NCBI GenBank assembly: GCA_963761885.1 | Contig: CAVXIN010000009.1 | Span: 38,740-102,739 of the forward strand | Length of the DNA stretch: 64,000 nt | Direction of reading: 5' to 3' | Source of the DNA: an uncultured Gemmatimonadales bacterium | GTDB taxonomy: Bacteria > Gemmatimonadota > Gemmatimonadetes > Gemmatimonadales > GWC2-71-9 | Shown here: one piece after another, positions 56,202-64,000 of the stretch | Layout: every line of letters begins with the position of its first letter | Position numbering within the stretch: position 1 is the stretch's first letter | Program-made: the position numbers and the translations under genes | Notes under the pieces: generated by a model | Databases searched by the model: none | Seen by the model: only the letters and a program-made list of their open reading frames with translations | What the model was told of the DNA's origin: nothing

Positions 56202-56672
56202 ATGGATGCGCTCGTCGCACTGGCTCTCAGCATCGGACTATTGATCGCCGGCTGGACCTATGTCGCGCTGGGTGTCGCGGCGCTCCCCGTGTGGGCCGGG
56301 ATCGTGGCCTGGGGATGCTTCTTCGCGGCGGGCGGAAAGACGGCGGGGCTGACCAAGACCATCGCCTCGAACCTCTCGGGCGTACTGTGGGCGTTCCTCG
56401 CGCTCTACGTCGCGAACCGTATCGGGGGCGGGGTGCCTATCCTCTCACTCCTGGTCGGGATCGCGGCGTTCATCATGGTCATCCAGGCCAAGATTCCCGC
56501 CCTGAGCTTCATCCCCGGCGCGTTCCTCGGGGCGGCGACCGCCGTCAGCGTCGTGGTCGGGGCGAACGGTACCTGGGCCAACACGGTGATCGCACTGGTC
56601 GCGGGGGCCCTGCTCGGCTACCTGTCGGAGATGCTGGCCGGCGCGATCGGGCCTCGCAGCACGACCGCCTGA
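56202..56672 (+). CDS. DUF1097 (YcdZ-like) inner-membrane protein
   Basis: GGAGGT RBS; VWAGIVAWGCFFAAGG, SNLSGVLWA, LSFIPGAFLGAA, GALLGYLSE. Confidence 0.85.
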   Translation: MDALVALALSIGLLIAGWTYVALGVAALPVWAGIVAWGCFFAAGGKTAGLTKTIASNLSGVLWAFLALYVANRIGGGVPILSLLVGIAAFIMVIQAKIPALSFIPGAFLGAATAVSVVVGANGTWANTVIALVAGALLGYLSEMLAGAIGPRSTTA

Positions 56673-56693
56673 ACACTCTCACACCACATCAGT

Positions 56694-56729
56694 AAACGCA
56701 CCGGGGCCCGCGAGGGCCCCGGCTCGTTT
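56694..56729. terminator. Bidirectional terminator
   Basis: AAACG..CCGGGGCCC-GCGA-GGGCCCCGG..CGTTT between convergent genes. Confidence 0.7.
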
Positions 56730-56732
56730 GCT

Positions 56733-57781
56733 TCAGCGCAGTCCCGCCAGGATGCCGGCGATCCGCCGCTGCTGCGCGGGATCGGTCGTCATCTCACGCG
56801 CCTTGCTGTAGTACTGAACGGCTTTCCGCTTGTCGCCCTTCGTCGCGTACGCCTCGGCCAGGCTGTCGTAGGCGTTCCAGCTCTTGGGATAGTCCTTCAC
56901 GTTCTTCTGGAAGACCACGATCGCCGAGTCCATCTTGCCCCGCCCATGAGCTGATACCCATAGGCATTCATGTCGGGCTCCGTCGCCAGCGCGAGCGACC
57001 GTTGGCGGAGCTGCGCCGCGTTCGCCGTGTCACCCATCTTCTCAAGCAGGGTCGCCTTGAGCCGCAGGTTGGTGAAGTTCTCGTTGATCGCGATGGAGCT
57101 CTGCGCCCAGTCCGCCGCCTCCTTGAGGTTCACGTCGTTGGCGGCGCAATACGCGGCCGCCTGCACCCAGGGCTGCCAGAAGAACCGGCCGAGGCCGCGC
57201 AGCTGCTGCCGCAGACTGTCCACCACGACCTGCTTGTAGTCGACGTCCACCGTAAACGGCAACGCCAGCTTCTCCCAGTGCATCGTGACCACCGCCGAGC
57301 CGGTGCCGGGGTCGTCGAGCGTGTAGCCGAGCGCCTCCTGGAACGGGGCGGCCATCGGCGCGGCCGTGACGCGCAGCGCGTCCTCCTTCTGATCGTAGCT
57401 GAAGCTGCCCCACGCGTCCGCCTGGCGGCTCAGGATCACCGTCCAGTCGTTCGCCGTGGGGATCATGTGCACACCGTAGCGCCCGGCCGGCAGCTCGGTT
57501 CCCCCGAGCCGCACCGGAGAGCTGAACGCGATCACGGTGTTCTCGTTGGCGCCCGCCCGCCAGACGGAGTCGTAGGGCACCAGCTTGCCCCAGATCTCCC
57601 GCTTGTTCACCAGGGGGCGGTCGTAGGTCACGCTGATCTCCGTCAATCCGATGGTCTGGCTGACGGTGGCGCGCTGGCTGGCCTTCGGGAGGACGAGCGT
57701 GGGTACCTGACCCGGCAGGGGTGCCGGGGTCGTGAATACGACGAGCGCGACGGCGACCATGCCGGCGGCAATACGGCCCAT
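56733..57781 (-). CDS. DUF2911 domain protein with C-terminal TPR; frameshift near 56935
   Basis: SQRATVSQTIGLTEISVTYDRP, IWGKLVPY, WRAGANENT, LPAGRY, HWEK; TPR NAYGYQL...NAYDSLAEAY. Confidence 0.9.
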
Positions 57782-57812
57782 GGAGATCTCCAGGTGTACG
57801 AGGTTGCCCCCC

Positions 57813-59050
57813 CTACGGGAGCAGCGGCCGGGAGGTTGCGTCGGTAGGCTCGCGAAGGCGCTGGTCGACGGTGGTCACCGGGTCGAGCTCGTCGGCGGTC
57901 ACTCCCAGATCCTTGAAGCGCCGCGTAGTGGCGAGGACGCGGGTCTCGAGGGAGCCCATGGCCTTGTTATAGCTCTCGACCGCCCGGTCGAGGCCGCGCC
58001 GCAGGTCCTCGAAGTGCCCGGCCATGGTCCCGATCCGCTCGTGAAGCTGGCGGCCGAGCTCGCTGATCTCCTGGGCGTTCCGGGCGATGCGCTCCTGCCG
58101 CCAGCCGAGGCCACCGCGCGGAGAAGGGCGATGAGTGTCGTCGGGCTGGCCGGGATCACCTGCTGACCGACGCCGAACTCGATCAGCGAGGGATCGTTCT
58201 GGCAGGCGGCGCTGAAGAAGGTCTCGCCGGGCAGGAACATCACGACGAAATCGGGCGCAGGCTGGAACTGGGCCCAGTAAGCCTTCTGCCCAGCGCGGTC
58301 ATGTGCTCGCGCACCTGGCGGGCGTGGTCGCGGAGCAGACGGCATGCTCGGGCGTCGTCCGGCGCGCCGATCCATCGCGTCGAGGTAGGCCGCCATCGGC
58401 GTCTTGGCGTCGACCACGACCGTCTTTCCGCCGGGCAGCCGCACCACCAGGTCGGGGCGGAGCCGGCGCCATCCGACGTCACGCTGGCCTGCTCCTCGAA
58501 GTCGCAGTAGTCGAGCATCCCGGCCAGCTCCACCACGCGGCGGAGCTGGATCTCGCCCCAGCGCCCTCGCACCTGCGGCGCGCGAAGCGCCTTGGCCAGG
58601 TTGCCGGTCTCGGCCTGCAGCGCCTGCTGGGATCGCGCCATCGCCCCGACCTGCTCCATCAGCCCGGCGTACGAAGCCACCCGCTCCTTGCTCGACCTCG
58701 TGCAGCTTCCCATCCACTCGCGCCAGCGTGTCCTGGATCGGGCGCACGAGGTCGTCCACGGCCTTCCGCCGCCGTTCCAGCTCCATGGCCCCCGACTGCT
58801 GCAGCGCGCCGAGCTTGGTCTGGGCCAGCTCGAGGAACGACTGGTTGTTCTTGCGCAGCGCGTCCGCCGAGAGCGCGGCGAAAGCATCGCGCAGCTTGGC
58901 CTCGGCGTCGCTCATCACCGCCAGCTTGCCGGCCGACCCCTGCCGTTCGGCCTCCAGCTGGGCGAGAATGCGGGCCGTGGTGGCCCGGCCGGCGAGCCAC
59001 GCGATGACAGCGCCGATACCCAGGCCGAAGAGAAAGGATGCGATGTCCAT
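57813..59050 (-). CDS. rmuC: DNA recombination protein RmuC (multiple frameshifts)
   Basis: N-terminal TM; LRAPQVRGRWGEIQL, RPDLVVRLPGG, VVDAK, PDFVVMFLPGE, ASPTTLIALLR. Confidence 0.92.
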
Positions 59051-59192
59051 GCGAGCCTCGCGCTGGAATGCGGTATGCCGGGTGCCGAACCACGGCGGGC
59101 GAGATGCCGCCGGACTATAGCATCATCACCGGACGGTATCCCACCCCGCACGGCATGGTGGGCGACCGATCTTCCGCTCCCTCGAAGTCTGC

Positions 59193-60371
59193 ATGACTGC
59201 CGAAGGCACGACATCACCGCGAGAGGGTCGGATCCCATGGGCCGCGATGGCGGGCATCATCGCGACCGTCACGGTGTTCGCCGTGGCACAGGGGCTGACC
59301 TATCCGCTGCTCAGCTTCATCCTGGAGCGGCAGGGGACGACGCCCGGCCTGATCGGCTTGTCGGCGGCGATGACGCCGCTGGGTTTCATCGTATCCGCGC
59401 CCTTCATTCCGGCGCTGGCGCGGCGCGTGGGCGGGGCGCGGCTTGCGATCCTGTGTTCGATCCTGGCCGCGCTCACCCTGGTCGCGATTGCCTGGACGCA
59501 GGAAGTCTGGGCCTGGATGCCGCTGCGCTTCCTGCTCGGCTTCTTCGCCAATCCGCTTTACGTGATCAGCGAAACCTGGCTGATCGCGATCACGCCCGCG
59601 CCACGCCGGGGCCGCATCATGGGCCTCTATTCATCGATCGTTTCGGGTGGCTTCGCCATCGGCCCGCTGTCGCTCGGCCTGGTCGGCACGCAGGGTTGGC
59701 CGCCCTTCATGATCGGCATCGTGGCCTTCCTTCTCTGCGGCCTGATCGTGCTTGCGGTCGTGCCGCGCCTGCCGAAGATGCCGCATGAAGGCGAGGCAAC
59801 ATCGGTCGGCGGCTTCTTCGCACTGGCGCCGCTCCTGTTGTTCGCGGTTTTCGCCGCCGCCGCCTTCGAGCAGATCCTGCTTTCCCTGTTCGCGGTCTAT
59901 GGCGCCGCGCTCGGCAGCGCCGAAGAGCGCATCGCTTCGCTCATCGCCTGTTTCATCGCGGGCAATGCCGTGCTGCAGATCTTGCTCGGGCGCGTGGCCG
60001 AACGGTTCGGCTCGACGCGGACCATGTTGTTCTGTGCCCTGGCTTCGCTGGCCGGCTGCCTGCTGCTGCCGTCGATCTTCAACTCGTGGCTCATCTGGCC
60101 GCTCGTTTTCGTCTGGGGCGGGGTCTCGTTCGGGATCTACACCATGTCGCTGATCCAACTCGGCGAGCGTTTCACCGGTCAAGCCTTGATCGCCGGTAAC
60201 GCGGCCTTCGCGTTCGTATGGGGCATCGGCGGCATCGTAGGCTCGCCCGCGACAGGACTGGCGATGCAACTGATCGGACATCAGGGGCTGCCATCGTCCC
60301 TTGGCCTGCTGTGCTGTGTACTGGCGGTGTTTCTGATGGCGGAGAGACGGCGGGAGGGGTTCCATCAATAG
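59193..60371 (+). CDS. MFS transporter (YcaD-like)
   Basis: About 12 TM segments; LRFLLG, SETWL, RRGRIMGLY, GRVAERFG. Confidence 0.9.
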   Translation: MTAEGTTSPREGRIPWAAMAGIIATVTVFAVAQGLTYPLLSFILERQGTTPGLIGLSAAMTPLGFIVSAPFIPALARRVGGARLAILCSILAALTLVAIAWTQEVWAWMPLRFLLGFFANPLYVISETWLIAITPAPRRGRIMGLYSSIVSGGFAIGPLSLGLVGTQGWPPFMIGIVAFLLCGLIVLAVVPRLPKMPHEGEATSVGGFFALAPLLLFAVFAAAAFEQILLSLFAVYGAALGSAEERIASLIACFIAGNAVLQILLGRVAERFGSTRTMLFCALASLAGCLLLPSIFNSWLIWPLVFVWGGVSFGIYTMSLIQLGERFTGQALIAGNAAFAFVWGIGGIVGSPATGLAMQLIGHQGLPSSLGLLCCVLAVFLMAERRREGFHQ

Positions 60372-60440
60372 GGCCATGGCGGGCAGGGTTGGCTCGACTC
60401 GCGCCGGAATCCGCGCAAGTGCGGAACGCACACGACCTCC

Positions 60441-60477
60441 CGAAAACAAGGCCGCCTCGCCCGGAGGGCGAGGCGGC
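60441..60477 (-). terminator. Rho-independent terminator of the OMP gene
   Basis: GCCGCCTCGCCC-GGA-GGGCGAGGCGGC stem followed on the minus strand by CTTGTTTTCG. Confidence 0.7.
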
Positions 60478-60502
60478 GCATGTGTCCGGTGTCGCGCAGC
60501 GA

Positions 60503-61073
60503 CTAGCGCAGCGACCAGCGCAGGCCGACCGTGATCGGAATCATGTACGCGGTCGTCTCATCCAGCGTCTCGGTGTTCACCGCGCCCTTGAAGATCGCGT
60601 GGAAGCGGCCTTCGGCGTACAGCGCGGCCGAGCCGAGCTTGAGGTCGAACCCGGCGCCGGCGTTGGCGCCGAACTTGGTCTGCGACTCGGTCGAGCCGAA
60701 GCCCTCGAGGCTGGTCTTTCCATTGTACAGCCCGAGGCCGCCGATCAGGTACGGGCGGGCGGCGGCCGCGCTGGGGAACGCGAACACCGCGTTCGCCGTG
60801 CCACCGATCATCCGGCTGTGCCCGTCGAGGTCGTTCTCCAGACCCGAGGCGAGTGTAGAAGGCGTCCACCTGGAACCCGAGCGGGCTCACGGCGGGCTTC
60901 ACGCGGAGCGCGGCCTGTCCGGTCCAGCCGGTCGAATTGACGTCGGCCATGCTGCCGGTCGGGACGACCGCACCGGCACCGAAGCCGAGGCTCAGGCCGG
61001 CCTGGGCGTGCGCGGTCTGCGCGCCGAGCGCCAGGGCAAGACCGACCGCAGCACCACGCATGAGCGTCTTCAT
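60503..61073 (-). CDS. Small outer-membrane beta-barrel protein (OmpA/OmpW-like); frameshift near 60850
   Basis: GGGAG RBS; signal peptide AHAQ; RPYLIGGLGLY, FGANAGAGF, YAEGRFH, IPITVGLRW. Confidence 0.85.
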
Positions 61074-61145
61074 CGTATCTCCCTCGAAGGATGACTGGTG
61101 AAGTAGGTCTGCGAAGGACGGAACGCGTCCGGGCCCACGCTGCCC

Positions 61146-61160
61146 GCAAACCGCCTGCCA
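61146..61160 (-). promoter_or_regulatory. Candidate sigma-54 promoter of the OMP gene
   Basis: Minus strand TGGCAGG-CGGT-TTGC with exact -24/-12 spacing, about 70 bp upstream of ATG 61073. Confidence 0.55.
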
Positions 61161-61365
61161 CCGGACGTTTCAGCCACGCAACATCGCGGCGTAGCCCTCG
61201 GACACTTCTTGGAGTTAACCGGTTCGCCGAAGACCGGACCCGACCCCGGCCCCAAGCCCTCAGGGACCCGGCTGACAGCTCTTGCAGGGCGTGATGCGAG
61301 TGGGAGACGGGAAGCGCAACGGGCTATTCTTCCGTCCATGGCCCACGACCCTGGAGCCCGGCGCA

Positions 61366-62923
61366 ATGAAATTCGCGCTGGTGGCGGAAACATCCCGCCG
61401 GGTCGCGGAGACCCGAGGGCGCCGCGACAAGATCGCGCTGCTCGCGAGCTCTGCTGGCGGACGTCCCCGCCGACGAGATCGAGATCGCCGCCGCGCTACC
61501 TGTCCGGGCACGGTCCGGCAGGACAAGCTCGGGCTCGGCTGGGCCACGATGCAGAGCGCGCGATCCGAGGCCGTCGGCCGAATCGGCCAGCGGTGGAGCT
61601 GGCCGAGGTGGACGCGACGCTCGGCCGAGATCGCGCGCACCAGCGGCAAGGGGTCCGCGGAGGCCGCAGGCGTCGCGCACTGGAGGCGCTGCTCGCCAGA
61701 CTGACGGCGGACGAGCAGCAGTTTCTTCGCCGGGCTGGTCGTGGGCGAGCTTCGGCAGGGCGCGCTCGAGGGCCTGCTGGTCGAGGCGATCGCCCGCGCA
61801 GCCGGGTCGCCCGGCCGCGGAGGTGCGGCGCGCCTTCATGATGGCGGGCGATCTGCGGGCGGTGGCGCGGGCGGCGCTCGGCGGGGGTGAGGGCGGACTC
61901 TCCGCGGTTCGCGGTGCGGCTCTTTCAGCCGGTGCTGCCGATGCTCGCGGGAAGCGCGGACGACGTGGGCGAGGCGCTGGCCGAGCTGGGCGAGGCGGCG
62001 GTCGAATACAAGCTCGACGGCGCGCGCGTCCAGATCCACCGGCGGGACGACGAGGTGCGGGTCTATTCCCGCCGGCTCAACGAAGTGACCGCCGCGGTGC
62101 CCGAGCTGGTCGAGGCGGCGCGGACGTTCTCCGCGCGCGAGGTGATCGTGGAGGGCGAGGCGATCGCGCTTCGGCCCGACGGCACCCCGCTGCCGTTCCA
62201 GACGACGATGCGCCGGTTCGGACGCCGGCTCGAGGTCGAGCGGATGCGCGCCGAGCTGCCGGTGACCCTGTTCCTGTTCGACATGCTCTACCTGGACGGC
62301 GCCTCGCTGCTCGACGAGCCGTTCCAACGCCGCGTGGAGCTGCTGGTCCGAATCGGTTCCCGGCGTGCCTGCTCGTGCCCCGGGTGGTGACCGCTCAGCG
62401 CCGACGCCGCCGGGCGACTTCCATCGCGCCGCGATGGCGCGAGGGCACGAAGGGGTGATGGTGAAGGCGCTCGACGCGCCCTACGAGGCGGGCCGGCGCG
62501 GGCGCCGCTGGCTCAAGGTCAAGACGGTGCGCACCCTGGACCTCGTCGTGCTCGCCGCCGAATGGGGCCACGGCCGCCGGCGCGGCTGGCTCAGCAACCT
62601 CCACCTCGGCGCCCGCGATCCCGGCGGCGGCGGGTTCGTGATGCTCGGCAAGACATTCAAGGGGATGACCGACGAGATCCTGCGGTGGCAGACCGAGCGG
62701 CTGGCCGAGCTGGAGGTGAGCCGCGACGAGTACACGGTTTACGTGCGGCCCGAGCTGGTGGTCGAGGTGGCGTTCAACGACCTCCAGGCCAGCCCGCACT
62801 ACCCCGGGCGGCCTGGCGCTCCGGTTCGCGCGGATCAAGGGATATCGGCCGGACAAGTCGGCGGCGGACGCGGACACCATGGAGACACTGCGGGAGATCT
62901 ATCGGCGGCAGGGCGGCGAGTGA
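61366..62923 (+). CDS. ligB: ATP-dependent DNA ligase, LigB (archaeal/actinobacterial type); multiple frameshifts
   Basis: [19 protein letters not shown] (KxDG), [47 protein letters not shown]. Confidence 0.9.
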
Positions 62924-64000
62924 GCCGGACTTCGTCGGGCCGCGGCTCGATGTCGCGCGGCGGGCGTCGAGGATCTGGCGCACCTTGATCGCCAGCTGGT
63001 CCGGTTCCAGCGGCTTCTGCATGAACTCCCGTCCCTCCTCCATGAGTCCGCGCCGGACGGTATCGACACCGGTGTAGCCCGAGATGAAGAGCACCGGGAA
63101 TACCGGGCCACCGCTCCTCCAGCGCCGCCGCCAGCTGCTTGCCGCCCATGCCCGGCATCACCACATCCGCGATCACCAGGTCGGGCGGCGCCGGCGCCGT
63201 TTGCGGCGATCTCCAGCGCTTCGGCGCCGTCGGCGGCCTCGAGGACGGTATAGCCGTAACTGCGCAGCGAGCGGGCAATGATACCGCGCACGGCGGGCTC
63301 GTCCTCCGCGACCAGAATGAATTCGGTCCCCCCACCGGAGACGGGTCGGGGGCGTGAAGGTGATCGCGCGGTGCATCGGCGCCGACCAGGGGCAGGTAGA
63401 TCTGGAAGGCGCTCCCCCGCCCGAGCTGGCTGGTGACCGAGAGGTATCCCCCACTCTGCCGCACGATACCGTAGACGGTTGCCAGTCCAAGCCCGGTGCC
63501 CTCCCCCACGGCCTTGGTGGTGAAGAAGGGCTCGAAGATGTGGTCGAGCGTCTCGCGGTCCATCCCGGTGCCGGTATCGGACACGGCCAGTGCGGCGTAT
63601 CGGCCGGGGGCGACGGGATCCACCCCTCGGGCCGTCGCGGCGTGCTCGTCCACCCCGACGTTCATCGTCTCGATGGTGACGGTGCCGCCGTCCGGCATCG
63701 CGTCGCGCGCGTTGAGGGCGAGATTCAGCAGCACCTGGTCGAGCTGCCCCGGGTCGGCGCGCACCTGACCGATGTCCGGGGCGAGGCGGAGCTCGAGACG
63801 GGACAGCTCGCCCAAGGCCCGCTGCAGGATCGGCTCGATGGCGCTGATGACACTGTTCAGGTTGACCAGCTGGGGCTGAAGTACCTGGCGGCGGCTGAAG
63901 GCGAGAAGCTGCTGGGTGATGACCGCCGTCCGGTGCGCGGCGCGACGGATGTGCTCCAGGTCCATGCGGACCAGCTCGTCGCGCACCGCCCGGTCAAGGA
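62774..64000 (-). CDS. Hybrid sensor histidine kinase/response regulator (CckA-like); 5'-truncated by the window, frameshifted, 3' end uncertain
   Basis: [46 protein letters not shown]; receiver [25 protein letters not shown]. Confidence 0.9.

Overview
GC-rich bacterial chromosomal segment. Gene content (Bacteroidetes-style short RpoD, tamB-tamA, choice-of-anchor B protein, DUF2911, NagB-II, many lipoproteins) suggests a diderm organism, probably Gemmatimonadota; this is inference. I count about 48 protein-coding genes and see no rRNA, tRNA, CRISPR array, transposase or integrase. Many genes carry 1-bp indels clustered at about 15.9-22.5, 37.1-38.4, 47.9-49.7, 53.4-58.7 and 60.8-63.4 kb, most likely long-read consensus errors. 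The most notable locus is a TIGR03916-type radical SAM/HhH gene followed by a TIGR03915/DUF4130 protein fused in frame to a DUF72 domain, where a uracil-DNA-glycosylase (UdgX) domain is normally found. It is preceded by an inverted array of 7-bp tandem repeats and divergent from an ~870-aa pure coiled-coil gene. Other items of interest: a HAMP Ser/Thr kinase + cupredoxin + porin module, a TMEM2/CEMIP-like G8 lipoprotein upstream of nagB, an orphan circularly permuted ATP-grasp ligase, a mycofactocin-type SDR/AhpD/permease operon, and several small or uncharacterised proteins. All family assignments come from motif recognition by eye, not database searches.
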